DNA of 64,000 nt from a virus (lineage: Duplodnaviria; Heunggongvirae; Uroviricota; Caudoviricetes). Made by a program: the position numbers and the translations under genes. Below the pieces are notes generated by a model. The model did not search any database, was not told the DNA's origin, and saw only the letters and a list, made by a program, of their open reading frames with translations. The stretch's first letter is position 1. The number at the start of each line of letters is the position of its first letter. The stretch is from the IMG/VR virus record IMGVR_UViG_3300021255_000114, positions 64,001 to 128,000 of that record; one strand, 5' to 3'. This document shows, piece after piece, positions 18,942-30,468 of the stretch.

Positions 18942-21900
18942 AATACGAACTCAAATTGGAATTGATGCTCCGAATGTCTTGAATGTAAAACTCAATCAAA
19001 CATTTGAGTTCCTTAACATACTATCACTTCATATTGGGCAAAAAAACCTCTATAAAATGCCCGCTTCAAAATATGGTGTGGTATGTGGGCGTGTGTTGCT
19101 TGGCGGCAAATCGTTTGGGGTTCAGAACGCAAAAGTGTCTGTGTTTATTCCAAAGGATACTACTGTTTTTGATGTAAAGGACGACATCCTATACACCTAT
19201 TCTTCGGTTGATTCGGTTAATTACGATGGTGTAAGATACAATTTATTGCCTTCATATATTGACAACGACTGCCATCAGAATGTCGGTACAATGTTCGAGA
19301 AGGAATATGTGCTTGATAATAATGACATTATCAGGATATTTGACACATATTACACATACACAACCACAACAAACAATGCAGGGGATTATTTCATCTATGG
19401 TGTCCCTGTTGGCCAACATACACTTCATGTTGACGTAGACCTTTCCGATATTGGCAAATTATCTGTAAGGCCGCATGATATGATGGGGCAGGGATACAAT
19501 ATTGACCAATTTGAAAGTCCCAACAAATTCAAGGCGGACAAAAATCTCAACATATTACCGCAGATTAAAAGTCAGGACAAACCATTGTATATATATCCAT
19601 TCTGGGGAGATACTTCAGAAGATGATACTAACGCAATGATAACAAGGGCTGATATTGAAATCGATTACAAATTTGAACCTACGGCAGTATTCATTGGAAG
19701 CATTGTAACTGATAAAGGAAGTAATTCAATTTCCCACAAATGTGTTCCGGATGACCTTACGGGTAAAATGAGTGAACTTGTTACCGGAGAAGGTATGATT
19801 GAAATGATTCGCAAGACCTTCGACGGTAAAGTGGAACAATTCTCTGTAAAAGGAAACAGACTTATTGACGGGGATGGTGTATGGTGTTATCAGGTTCCGA
19901 TGAACCTTGATTATGTTTGTATGGATGAATTCGGTAACATTGTACCCACTGACAATCCAGAAAACGGTATTCCAACGAGGGCGCGTGTAAGATTCAGGAT
20001 ATCACTGGACGAGAACCCAATGGACGATAGCGCAAGGAAACGTGCAAGATTCCTTGTTCCAAACAATCCAAGACTAACAGATGATTACCCTAACTTCCAA
20101 ACAACCCACGAACCCGATTATGAATTTGGAACATTTACCAAAGAAGAGAGTTACAGGGATATGTTTTGGAACAACGTATATACAGTAAAGAGTTATATCC
20201 CTAGACTACAAAAGAGGACAACAACAAACACTAAGAAATACACAGGAATAAAGATGACAAACCATGCGGGGGATAACAACCCGATGCCATATAATAATCT
20301 GGCAATCAGAATGGGGTTTGTCTATCGATTTTTATGCGTCCTATTAACGGTATTCATATATTTAGTTGCTTCAATCAATATAGTGATGTCTTTGATTGGG
20401 GATATGTTTATAGGGATTGGAGATATATTTTATAATATAGGAGATGCCATATCAAAGATACCTATAATTCGTGGAATCAATGGATTTTTTAAAAAAATAG
20501 GATGTTGGTTTTACAAAACTTCCGCAGGTCTACTAATTAATCTTGGCGATTTTTGTGATGACGGTAATACAACAGTGAATTATATACCCGGTTTTGAAGG
20601 TCCAATAGGACTTGTCGCCAATTTTATTACCAAAATAAAAAATAAGTGTAATAATGTAGATTGTTTTAGGGATACTGAAGAAGGTAGAAGAAAATGTGAT
20701 ATTTATCAAAATGCCACATCAGAAACAGATAGGTTAATAAATTGTGTTCAGAATGCACTTGCTCAAGATAATGAAGTAACGTCTTTTGATTTCCAAAACG
20801 ATTGGATTAATGGTGTGCTTTATGCCCCGTTGTGGTATCGTAAAATTAAACCAAAACGTAGATTATTTTTCGGATTAATTAAAGTTGGTGGCGTTGATGA
20901 TTGGTGTGATGGTAATAGTAGCAAAATGGCCGGCAGGGATAGTCTCTTTAGCCGTGGTTTAAAACTCTATCAAACTTGTGCCCAACAGAGGGAATTTGAC
21001 GCCAACAAAAAGAGAATAAAACCTATTGTTTATGTAGGGGCTAATGACAATTCTGAAGCGAATTGTTATGGTTTAAAATGCCATAAAAGAACTTTAAGCA
21101 CTATTCAAGTTGACAAGGGTATTATTATTCGTAAGGAAACTAAATATGGTGAATATGTCTATTACTATAAATCAGTAGAGTACTCCAGCAACAAATTCAG
21201 AAACGTTTTGGACGGAACACCTGGTGACATAAAGATAATCTTCGCAACCGACTTGGTACTTCTCGGAAGTATTAATGATTGTGACGAAAAAGGCATTCCG
21301 CAGTTTTTTAAACATCTAAACGAAACAACATACCAAATGCCGCCTAATTTATTGTCATTAACATGGCAAGTTAACGAACAGGCTGTAAGAATATTATCGA
21401 ATGATGACATGAGTGACAGTGAATCGGCTGTCATTGACAGTACAGTGCATAGTGAATATTCAGGTGCTGATTGGGGTAATGCCGGGTTTGATCAATGGTA
21501 TAGAAAAAACAAATACGAAGGCGAATATATAAAAGATGGTGAAAAGGAGCATGATAACGGTGGTGTGTTCTATGGCATAGATTGTAACTTTTCCTATGTC
21601 AAACCAAAAAGTTGTGTAAACCTGTCGAGAGCATGTGAGTTCGGTGTCACGTTGGATCAATCCATTTCGTTTCTTGATGCAAGCGGACAGGAAACGGTTA
21701 TGGCACCGGATGGGTATATTTCATATGACGAGATTTATAATCCCGATGCAAGAGCCATGTTTGCTACAATGAACGGAAATCGTTTAAGAGAGCGCCAAGA
21801 CCCGAAAACCGGTTTTCCGACTTATGATTTTAATTACCTTTATCCTGAGAATTTTGACGGGACAATGTATAATCTTATGGAGGACATTGATACCCACCAG

Positions 21901-24900
21901 CCTGATGCTGAAATTGACGGCTATCCATATGGCAATAAAAAGAACTTAACATATAAAAACAATTATAAAATTGAGGCAAATAGTGATGCTTACTTGCTGT
22001 TTAGATACGGTTTTGACCCCAAACCGGGTAATTTTGCTGTAGCGTTCTACGATAATGATGTCAAACTTGGGTGGTTTACAAATGATAATTTAACGTCATT
22101 AAACCAACGCCGTTTCCCAAGATATGAAAATTCATTTTACTTCTACTTCGGGTTAAAATCAGGTAAGACTGCCATAGACAAATTCAGGAGGAATTATTAC
22201 GCTGAATGCACAAATGATGAAGAATCAAAAAGCCCGATTGAAATGGAATTCCAACCTAACAGTTGGTGTAATAACGAACCGGCCACTTTGCGTGACGGAT
22301 ATATAAAATTTGACTTATGCAACCTTGATATGCCATGTTCAATTTCTTTTGACGAGAGAGATCATGATGGAAGTGGGTATGATGAAACATATACAGATAT
22401 AAACGATTGTAAAATCTATATCGGTGGAAAAAGGCTCCAATTTCTTGGTTACACAAAACTATATGTTGACGATGACAACAGGGCGGTCCATACAGACGAT
22501 GATAGATTAAATGTTAATACACTCCATGCACCAAGTCTTCCAAACGGATATTATACTGTTACCATTACAGATGCAAACGGTGAACAATACAGACAGAATA
22601 TCACTTTTGAGGCAGAAAAACTAAAATATGGCGTAACATCAACAACTTTTACCATGACCAACACTGAAATGGACGAGGTGTATCCTGAATCAGGCGGAAG
22701 AAGTACAAATCAGAGAGTTGCAGAGGATACAACGCACGCCCTCTCCAACACAAATTATTTACGTGACCTCGGTGGATATGTGACTGTCAGTCTTATAACC
22801 TACCAAAACAAGCCGCTGACCGATAATTTCGAAATTAGGATTACACCGTATGATGATACTATGGAGTGGTATACTGGTACTGTTTATTCCGTTATAGACG
22901 GTGTGGTAAGTATAACTGGTGTTAATCCCCTGTCGACTTCTGATGGTGAATATGCGTTTCCTGTTCCAAGAGGTGACCAATATTACAATGTTACGGTAAG
23001 TGAATATTGTACATTAAAAGGTGAAACAAGTCAGAATAGTGTTTTGACAAGAGTCTATGTAAGTGAAGCACTCCCATTCAAAATGTTTGTGAATGGTGTT
23101 GATGTTGAATTGCTTAAAAACTTTAGAGTTGGCTATCAAAAAGACGATAATGGAGTAATAAAAATGCCTTATTCAGGCTATAATGACAACGATGGTATTA
23201 GAACCGACCTACCTGATAGCGTAAAGGGATGGCTATCAATAAATGATATTGGGGTGGATAAATTTTTGGAGTATCGCGATGATATTAGCTATACTGACAG
23301 TGTTGAAAATGCTGTCAATATTCTCTCAGCAAGCAATAACACAATATATAATTTCACTGAGGAATACACCTTTCAAGACTCTGATGTAAACAAATTGCTT
23401 AACACGTATTCATCAATTCCAAATCCGAGCGAGATTGGGGGTAGTATAATACCTAAGTATATTAGGGTTAAAAGAAACGGAACTGACGATGAGACATATG
23501 GGCGTGATGGCGAAAAATATGACCCGTTTGATGAAACCACTTGGATATTTGAGTTGTCAAGCAACAACACTCAATATATTTTGAGATACAATAACGGCAA
23601 ACCCGCTACTGATATTTCACTCCGTGAGTATTTTGAAATGAATACCGAGGGTAATCAGAACAAACGTGACGTTATCAATGTTCTCAACTCCATAATACAG
23701 AAGAGGATGGATTTGGTGCAGGCTATGATTACCGCATTCTGGATGTATGATGTAAACGAAGAGAACAAATTGGTCAGCATCACTTTTCAAACAAACGAAA
23801 TCCCGGTTAAAACGCTTGTGTATTATATACCCGATGAATCGAATACACTAAGGCCACTCAATGCCCAAACAAATTACGTTATACTTGATATAAATAAGGA
23901 AGAAAATACAATTTCTTCATTCTCAAGACCTACTATTACCAAAAATCCTCAAAATACTTTACCAATATTCACGGAATTGCCCGCAACTTTTGGACATCAT
24001 TCATATAAACTCCCGCCATATTGTGGCATTAAGAATAATATGAATGTAACAATACCAAGCAAATTGACGAATGCTCCGTTTATAAATCCTAATGGCATCA
24101 TAGATGCTATGCGTAATTTAAGTGGCGGTATGGATAATATGTTTGGTTTTCATGTGATTGACAAACGCCCATTCACCAAAGCCAATATATGGGTTCCCTT
24201 GAATGAGCACCCAATTTATTGGCCTGATGTTCTTAACGATGATGCCATAGATACATCTGAAGCATCTAGTGTAGCAAATTTTGTTGAAGGTGGAAGATTC
24301 AGTATGGGTGGCTGTATATCAGGTTATTTTTATAACGGATTTTCAACATCAACCCAACGTGAAGCACAGTTTACTATACAGAAGGCGACAAGTAATATTG
24401 GAATATATACTATTAGTGGAACAACAGTACCTGATGAATTTGCCGTTCCGACAAAACGATTGATGTATCGGCCAGTACCTGAAGATGGATACGCACCGAA
24501 TTATAATGATTTCTTTAAAGATACTCAGCCCTATGAAGGTTTTGACATTCAGGCTACAGATCCAGTCAATACAAGTTACAGGTACATTTCATATGATGCA
24601 AATACGAACTACCTAACCGTTTCTGATAAACGTGCAACATTTAATGATAACCTTTACCCCAGGGCTAATTTTGGAATACCGGAAGATACTGTTGTTGGTA
24701 AGGGTATGGAGATTAAACCGGAATTTAATGGCATTGAAGATGATGTACGTTATACAGTAATCAATGGGTTATACCCTGTTTATCGTAAAGTTTATAATAA
24801 TGATGAACATTTGCCTGCTGATGTATCACTCAATATGGTTTATGGTGCACCACTCCCGTCAAATAACCTAATAATACCTACAGGTGACGATGTGAAACGT

Positions 24901-25266
24901 GTGTATTACATAGGTTTTACCGCCGATGGCAAGTATAGGGGCATTTCCCCTGTTTATGAAGTTTCAGAGGTGAAGATAACTTATGAAACCGATACGAATA
25001 ATCATCCGAGGGTTTCAGTAAATTACAATGATAATACAGACTATTACATACTTAAATACAGTTATCAGATAATCCTAACTTATGAAAAAACCGTTGGTGA
25101 CCATACAGAACAATACGAATCAGTTTCCCCATTCATAACCCATGAACCGGATACAGAGACAGACTCGTACGCGTTTAGTGATATCGATGATACTGTTATA
25201 TCAAACAAAAAAGTCTACATAAAAGACGTAACAGGTATAAGAAGAACAACAACAAGGATAAGGTAA
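18916..25266 (+). CDS. Giant (2116 aa) virion/baseplate protein with N-terminal carboxypeptidase-regulatory-like beta-sandwich and an internal hydrophobic segment
   Basis: GVVCGRV...VQNAKVSVFIP...TTTNNAGDYFIYGVPVGQHTLHVD; located in the baseplate operon. Confidence 0.7.
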   Translation: MKNENNSYRIRTQIGIDAPNVLNVKLNQTFEFLNILSLHIGQKNLYKMPASKYGVVCGRVLLGGKSFGVQNAKVSVFIPKDTTVFDVKDDILYTYSSVDSVNYDGVRYNLLPSYIDNDCHQNVGTMFEKEYVLDNNDIIRIFDTYYTYTTTTNNAGDYFIYGVPVGQHTLHVDVDLSDIGKLSVRPHDMMGQGYNIDQFESPNKFKADKNLNILPQIKSQDKPLYIYPFWGDTSEDDTNAMITRADIEIDYKFEPTAVFIGSIVTDKGSNSISHKCVPDDLTGKMSELVTGEGMIEMIRKTFDGKVEQFSVKGNRLIDGDGVWCYQVPMNLDYVCMDEFGNIVPTDNPENGIPTRARVRFRISLDENPMDDSARKRARFLVPNNPRLTDDYPNFQTTHEPDYEFGTFTKEESYRDMFWNNVYTVKSYIPRLQKRTTTNTKKYTGIKMTNHAGDNNPMPYNNLAIRMGFVYRFLCVLLTVFIYLVASINIVMSLIGDMFIGIGDIFYNIGDAISKIPIIRGINGFFKKIGCWFYKTSAGLLINLGDFCDDGNTTVNYIPGFEGPIGLVANFITKIKNKCNNVDCFRDTEEGRRKCDIYQNATSETDRLINCVQNALAQDNEVTSFDFQNDWINGVLYAPLWYRKIKPKRRLFFGLIKVGGVDDWCDGNSSKMAGRDSLFSRGLKLYQTCAQQREFDANKKRIKPIVYVGANDNSEANCYGLKCHKRTLSTIQVDKGIIIRKETKYGEYVYYYKSVEYSSNKFRNVLDGTPGDIKIIFATDLVLLGSINDCDEKGIPQFFKHLNETTYQMPPNLLSLTWQVNEQAVRILSNDDMSDSESAVIDSTVHSEYSGADWGNAGFDQWYRKNKYEGEYIKDGEKEHDNGGVFYGIDCNFSYVKPKSCVNLSRACEFGVTLDQSISFLDASGQETVMAPDGYISYDEIYNPDARAMFATMNGNRLRERQDPKTGFPTYDFNYLYPENFDGTMYNLMEDIDTHQPDAEIDGYPYGNKKNLTYKNNYKIEANSDAYLLFRYGFDPKPGNFAVAFYDNDVKLGWFTNDNLTSLNQRRFPRYENSFYFYFGLKSGKTAIDKFRRNYYAECTNDEESKSPIEMEFQPNSWCNNEPATLRDGYIKFDLCNLDMPCSISFDERDHDGSGYDETYTDINDCKIYIGGKRLQFLGYTKLYVDDDNRAVHTDDDRLNVNTLHAPSLPNGYYTVTITDANGEQYRQNITFEAEKLKYGVTSTTFTMTNTEMDEVYPESGGRSTNQRVAEDTTHALSNTNYLRDLGGYVTVSLITYQNKPLTDNFEIRITPYDDTMEWYTGTVYSVIDGVVSITGVNPLSTSDGEYAFPVPRGDQYYNVTVSEYCTLKGETSQNSVLTRVYVSEALPFKMFVNGVDVELLKNFRVGYQKDDNGVIKMPYSGYNDNDGIRTDLPDSVKGWLSINDIGVDKFLEYRDDISYTDSVENAVNILSASNNTIYNFTEEYTFQDSDVNKLLNTYSSIPNPSEIGGSIIPKYIRVKRNGTDDETYGRDGEKYDPFDETTWIFELSSNNTQYILRYNNGKPATDISLREYFEMNTEGNQNKRDVINVLNSIIQKRMDLVQAMITAFWMYDVNEENKLVSITFQTNEIPVKTLVYYIPDESNTLRPLNAQTNYVILDINKEENTISSFSRPTITKNPQNTLPIFTELPATFGHHSYKLPPYCGIKNNMNVTIPSKLTNAPFINPNGIIDAMRNLSGGMDNMFGFHVIDKRPFTKANIWVPLNEHPIYWPDVLNDDAIDTSEASSVANFVEGGRFSMGGCISGYFYNGFSTSTQREAQFTIQKATSNIGIYTISGTTVPDEFAVPTKRLMYRPVPEDGYAPNYNDFFKDTQPYEGFDIQATDPVNTSYRYISYDANTNYLTVSDKRATFNDNLYPRANFGIPEDTVVGKGMEIKPEFNGIEDDVRYTVINGLYPVYRKVYNNDEHLPADVSLNMVYGAPLPSNNLIIPTGDDVKRVYYIGFTADGKYRGISPVYEVSEVKITYETDTNNHPRVSVNYNDNTDYYILKYSYQIILTYEKTVGDHTEQYESVSPFITHEPDTETDSYAFSDIDDTVISNKKVYIKDVTGIRRTTTRIR

Positions 25267-25267
25267 A

Positions 25268-28200
25268 ATGCAGGAAATACGCTTAGGCTCAATAGATTCA
25301 ATATTCTCTACAGATAGAGGAAACACAACACACGTTCAGCTGGAACAAACAGCGAAGAAAATTCCGTTGACAAATCTGTCGACAGTTATCGACCAATATG
25401 ATGTTTACAGAAGTGAAGTGTCCGCTTGCAATAAGTACAGGCTGACACTCACCGTAAAACCGTATTGCACTAATGTATTGTTTAATACCTGCACGGAGAT
25501 TGTTAAAGATGATGGCTCTGATGAAATACAGGTTGTGAGGGATAACGCTCCGATAACAATTACTGATACCAAAATAAAGGGGAACATATCAGGTTTAATT
25601 AGTTCCTTAACAAGGGCTTATATGTTAGATAACACCGAATATTCAAGTGAAAATGTGGGTTTTACCTATTATCCTGGTTATGATATATTCGGAAATCACA
25701 TATTGAGGAATTTATCATTTAGACCGATTATTCCACTTGCCGCTAATGTTCACAACAGTACATACAACACCATTGAGGATACAATGCGCACTTTAGAAGG
25801 CAATGATATCAAAATAGTCCCAAGATTTTCGCCGAATGACACTGAATTCATCAACAAACATGTTTACGAGACAACCAATATCCTATCTATGGAGAACGGG
25901 GATTCTGTTGCATCAAATCTTGTGAACGAGAATGGATGGTATGGTTTCTACAACAATTCATCAATCACTCCTAAGAGAATAACAAATACTGTAGCTGAAC
26001 ATGATTCAAATACTGTAACTGAACGTGATTCAAATCACGTTGTAAACAACAAGGGAAATTGTGAGTTTGTTGATATGTATCCCGATAGGACGCTTTATTC
26101 ATTTACACCCAAACTCAATATGCATAAACACAGGCTTGAGAGGAATTGGGATGTGTTTGTCACCTATCCATATAAGAATTTTTACAGACATAACCTTGTA
26201 ACCAACATATACGCTTATGATGTAGAGAGTGAGCAAGCGGCTTATGACAATATTGAAGCCGATGGCCAAACAAATGCACTTCTTATAATGGAGGCTAAAA
26301 GCCAATATTGTAGGAATGGTATGAAGGGTGTTCAGTTTAGGACTTTTTGCAAGCATAACTTACAACAGAACGATAACGTCCTGATTTATTATGCATTTGG
26401 TGATGATACGTCTTTCAAACTTTGCCACGGCACGTTTAGAGTGAACTACATCGGTGACATGAACAATGAAAATAAGGATTATTATTTCACCATTACCAAC
26501 TCTTCCATTTTAGATGAAATATTTGACGGGAGAGTTGCCTCAACCTTCTATGAGAATCCAACCAATGTACCTCCGGCGCATTTTAGGGAGTTAAGCGGAG
26601 AAATAACCGAAATACCTGAGGATATCAACACATCTGATACAAGTTATGAACCCAATATTTGCAGATGGTTTTATAAAGAGATTGAAACAGAGCCGTCAGT
26701 GACTTGGGACAGTCAAAATACAGTTGATATTCTGCCTGTTGATGTTAAAAACGGTCCAATATACGTAAGACAAAAGGAAACAATATCCGGACAATATGTT
26801 TATACGTACTACCATTATGAAAATAATGCATACCAAACACTCCCCGATACATTTAACCCATTATCCGAGGAATTTGGTGATGGGAATACATTCGATAACA
26901 TACCTATCGGCTATGTCACCGATTATGTTAGGGTTCATGCGTACAAATATTATGAAAAATCTTATGAATATTACATACAGAAAAGAGATAAGGTGGATGA
27001 TATCATCAATCAACGGCTCTGCTATAGCATACCGCTCCGATTTGCAAAAATAGTCAATGGAACCAAATGCAAGTACTACATAAGGATGTTCAAGAAACTC
27101 CCCAACCTCAATAAAAGCGTGGAAAATCTAACTAACCACATAGCAATTAACAGAACACGTTTTGAGCAATACATTCAAAGAAACGCAACTAAGGACGGAG
27201 TTAAAATGCGTGATTTTGACCGTGAAATATATCCGCTTGCATTTGCAAAAACCATTTATGCTGATGACATAACGCAATATCAGTTTACGGAAACAATGGA
27301 TATTGCATACATAAGGGATAACCTCGGAAGGCCATTAACCAATTTGTATATCACTATTGTTAAAAAGAATGTTGGGTACAAGGAATGGTATGGGCCGCTT
27401 AAGCAATACACCGACTATACAGAAAACAACAAAACACATAGGATTGAATTCTCCCATTGTTTCGGTAAAGTAACGAGTGGCCTAGATTTTATGTGCAAAG
27501 AAGGCGATGATTCTGAAATCATCCGCAAGACAAAAGGTTTCTTATCCGATGCAAGGCTTATAACAAATGCAATGAACGTAACAAACTTAGGACAGCCGTT
27601 GGAATTTTGGGGTGATGTTCACCTTGACACAAGCAAAATAACCGATGGTATTCTTGAGGATGATGAACTCTTCTTTGGTGATGTTGTCGAATACAACCCA
27701 ATGCAGGTGGCGGAAACCACATTATCTGATGTACAGTTCAGGTTTAATACGGCGCAACGCGAAAACGGTGATTCAAATGATTACACCTTTACCTATAAGG
27801 AAGTTATTTCAGATGATTATGGGTTAAAGCGTTACCGGAATAATAATTGTGGATTTGCTACGGAGGAGCACACTAATGAACGTAGCCTTATTTGTCCTGA
27901 AGGCTATTACTATAAAGCTCATTACCCAATCGGAGTTAGGGCGTTTGCAAATACAGTAAAACAAGCCTCACATTATTCAGTCTTGCTTGAACATGCAGAA
28001 CCAGTACAGATGGAAGGTATTTTCATTAGAATCATTACCAGAAACAATCACGGTTATGCTGTAGGCAGAAAAGCTTTTATTTGCAATGACTCTGAAGGGA
28101 TATGGTACAATACTCAAATTGTATATGTTGATTCAAAAACAAGTTTCATAATCAAACCAATCAGTAAAGATATTGAGGCTTATGAAAACAAGCCGTATCT

Positions 28201-28537
28201 TGATTGGGTGCAGGTTTGCAACCTTTTAAACAATGAAACCTTTAGAGTGAGGATTGAAAATACTGACATCCCGGATTATGCTGACAACATTTCAAAGAAC
28301 TTATTTCTTTGGAGGGAGGTAATTCCGGCTTCAGAATCAGATGACGAAACAATGAACGCATATCCGTTTGCCAACGGTGCGTTATATATTGATAAAAGTA
28401 TCAATTTTTTCCTAAAACGCCAAGACCCTGACGCACTCAACGGACTTTACTATCATGGAACCTTTCCCGATATTCAAGGTAAAATTAAAATCCCATCTAA
28501 TTATGATTATATACCTGAGAACGAAGCAATATGTTAA
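25268..28537 (+). CDS. Putative tail/baseplate structural protein (1089 aa)
   Basis: Long ORF tightly coupled in the structural operon. Confidence 0.65.
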   Translation: MQEIRLGSIDSIFSTDRGNTTHVQLEQTAKKIPLTNLSTVIDQYDVYRSEVSACNKYRLTLTVKPYCTNVLFNTCTEIVKDDGSDEIQVVRDNAPITITDTKIKGNISGLISSLTRAYMLDNTEYSSENVGFTYYPGYDIFGNHILRNLSFRPIIPLAANVHNSTYNTIEDTMRTLEGNDIKIVPRFSPNDTEFINKHVYETTNILSMENGDSVASNLVNENGWYGFYNNSSITPKRITNTVAEHDSNTVTERDSNHVVNNKGNCEFVDMYPDRTLYSFTPKLNMHKHRLERNWDVFVTYPYKNFYRHNLVTNIYAYDVESEQAAYDNIEADGQTNALLIMEAKSQYCRNGMKGVQFRTFCKHNLQQNDNVLIYYAFGDDTSFKLCHGTFRVNYIGDMNNENKDYYFTITNSSILDEIFDGRVASTFYENPTNVPPAHFRELSGEITEIPEDINTSDTSYEPNICRWFYKEIETEPSVTWDSQNTVDILPVDVKNGPIYVRQKETISGQYVYTYYHYENNAYQTLPDTFNPLSEEFGDGNTFDNIPIGYVTDYVRVHAYKYYEKSYEYYIQKRDKVDDIINQRLCYSIPLRFAKIVNGTKCKYYIRMFKKLPNLNKSVENLTNHIAINRTRFEQYIQRNATKDGVKMRDFDREIYPLAFAKTIYADDITQYQFTETMDIAYIRDNLGRPLTNLYITIVKKNVGYKEWYGPLKQYTDYTENNKTHRIEFSHCFGKVTSGLDFMCKEGDDSEIIRKTKGFLSDARLITNAMNVTNLGQPLEFWGDVHLDTSKITDGILEDDELFFGDVVEYNPMQVAETTLSDVQFRFNTAQRENGDSNDYTFTYKEVISDDYGLKRYRNNNCGFATEEHTNERSLICPEGYYYKAHYPIGVRAFANTVKQASHYSVLLEHAEPVQMEGIFIRIITRNNHGYAVGRKAFICNDSEGIWYNTQIVYVDSKTSFIIKPISKDIEAYENKPYLDWVQVCNLLNNETFRVRIENTDIPDYADNISKNLFLWREVIPASESDDETMNAYPFANGALYIDKSINFFLKRQDPDALNGLYYHGTFPDIQGKIKIPSNYDYIPENEAIC
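25983..26035 (+). repeat. In-frame 24-bp tandem duplication (NTVAEHDS / NTVTERDS)
   Basis: caaatactgtagctgaacatgatt followed by caaatactgtaactgaacgtgatt and caaat. Confidence 0.85.
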
Positions 28538-30468
28538 AATATGAAGTCAATTACCGAGATTTACTAACCGATAGTGTCAATATCCCTATTATCAACTACG
28601 AAATGGAGGATGATGCTGATAATGAGAACATCCTCAATGTTACATGTTATTATGGTGATGATATCAGTATTGGCCCGGAAACACCAATAACCATCACAAA
28701 ATACTATGACGTCGAATTGGCTTCTTCGGATGTTTCAGATACTAATCTTGTGTCAGTTTCCTCTCAAATAACGGAGGTTAACACGAATTTCAGATACTTT
28801 TCTTTCAATCTTGGTAAATATTTTAACCTAAAAATAAGCGAACTCCAAATAGAAATACGTGACAATCAACCATATCTTAGGTTTATCTTCGAAGATTTAC
28901 ATTTTTTCAATAGTTGGGATGAGCCAATTACGTTTTATGTGAAATTTTTAGGCGATGACGGCGTTTTTTATGAAAAAACCTTTGAGGATTGTATGTGGGA
29001 GAATGAATACACATTAATGTGGAAATATGTGAACGACAGTCCTGATATTGAAAACTTTATGTGTAGTGTATTTCATGGTGACACATATGAATTTGTGGGA
29101 TATGAAGGAAATCCTGATTCGGTTGTTGTTGATGAGGTGCCTGTACAAGCGTGTTTTACAGATGAGCACTATATTAAAAAACCTGTAGCCATTGGTTGTG
29201 ATAACCGTTACGAATATTACGAAAAAACATGCAATGACGGTGACATAAATGGTCTATCAACCTATAGGGAACAATTCATTAGCGATTTTGATGTTTATGC
29301 CACAATCGGCCAATTTAAGTTGAATGTTCCTTTATCACAAATGCATGATGTAACACTCCAACAGGAGGACAACATTATGAATCGTTTTGTTCATGATGAA
29401 ACAAGGCGTGCAATCAATAGTGTTGTTGAAATGGAAAAGTTTGTTTATCACCCTGTATTTCAAATAGAGCCATCTAACCCAAACGACTTTCGGACAGAGG
29501 ATATATACAAAATAAAATTCAATCTTCATTTTAGACAACATAGGGGTGATGATTGGACAGTAAATGACAATTCCTATTGGAATGGTGTCAATAACGAAAC
29601 GGTGCAGCTGGAAGAAATGATGGATTCTACCATCGGCACACCATATTTTTCGTATCACGAGGGCAATTGGGCTAAAAGTAGGCAATCCGACCTTTTATCA
29701 TATCTAGGTTTTACAAATGCTGATGTAAAATATCAGAAAAATAAATTGAAGAAATCCTTTTTGCGTATCTCCATATATGATAGCGACAACCCTCTAATTC
29801 AGAATATGGTAGCTTATTCAACCGTATTTATGGATGGCGGCGCATTATTCAGTAAGTTTATGAATAACACAATGACAACAGGCTATGCTATTTCGGAAGG
29901 TGAGCCTAATAATACGTTTATGGGAGCAAAAGTCAATATGGAATACGCACCGGATAACTATCAGAACATTCCTGACGAAGATTTAGAGAATCATAGACTG
30001 TCATCACAAATTGTGATTTCGGACACATACACTTCCAAAGCATCAAGTGAAGGTTTCAATTTCTATATGTGGGTTGACAATGATAGTGGCAATATTCCAT
30101 CTGATTTATATATGAAGGTTGAATTTAATCATGCAGGATATGGAAGAATACTACCTTTCATGATGCCCTTCTATGATTATAAAAAAGAAGGTAAGTACGG
30201 CATCAAAACATTTGAAGAAATAGTTGCAGATTGGCGAGACGGACGTGGGTATGGTATTAGGAAATACTTGAAATACAGTTATATTCACCTAAAATGCAGG
30301 TATGATAAAGAAAAAGAGAAACATGTTTACTATTTAGACCCAGATACATATGGGCCATATGCCTATTATAGACATGAAGGGCAAAACGATACGTCGCCAA
30401 ATGAAATGGAACTTAATTTATACGAAGCAAAACTAACATTTTTGAACGAAAACGATGAAACAGTATAG
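28531..30468 (+). CDS. Putative tail/baseplate structural protein (645 aa)
   Basis: Overlaps both neighbours; operon context. Confidence 0.65.
   Translation: MLKYEVNYRDLLTDSVNIPIINYEMEDDADNENILNVTCYYGDDISIGPETPITITKYYDVELASSDVSDTNLVSVSSQITEVNTNFRYFSFNLGKYFNLKISELQIEIRDNQPYLRFIFEDLHFFNSWDEPITFYVKFLGDDGVFYEKTFEDCMWENEYTLMWKYVNDSPDIENFMCSVFHGDTYEFVGYEGNPDSVVVDEVPVQACFTDEHYIKKPVAIGCDNRYEYYEKTCNDGDINGLSTYREQFISDFDVYATIGQFKLNVPLSQMHDVTLQQEDNIMNRFVHDETRRAINSVVEMEKFVYHPVFQIEPSNPNDFRTEDIYKIKFNLHFRQHRGDDWTVNDNSYWNGVNNETVQLEEMMDSTIGTPYFSYHEGNWAKSRQSDLLSYLGFTNADVKYQKNKLKKSFLRISIYDSDNPLIQNMVAYSTVFMDGGALFSKFMNNTMTTGYAISEGEPNNTFMGAKVNMEYAPDNYQNIPDEDLENHRLSSQIVISDTYTSKASSEGFNFYMWVDNDSGNIPSDLYMKVEFNHAGYGRILPFMMPFYDYKKEGKYGIKTFEEIVADWRDGRGYGIRKYLKYSYIHLKCRYDKEKEKHVYYLDPDTYGPYAYYRHEGQNDTSPNEMELNLYEAKLTFLNENDETV

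Noticed and set aside
25983-26035. 24-bp tandem repeat, and the 15-bp repeat near 51420
   Set aside because: These are simple in-frame two-copy duplications with no spacer structure, so ordinary slippage explains them.
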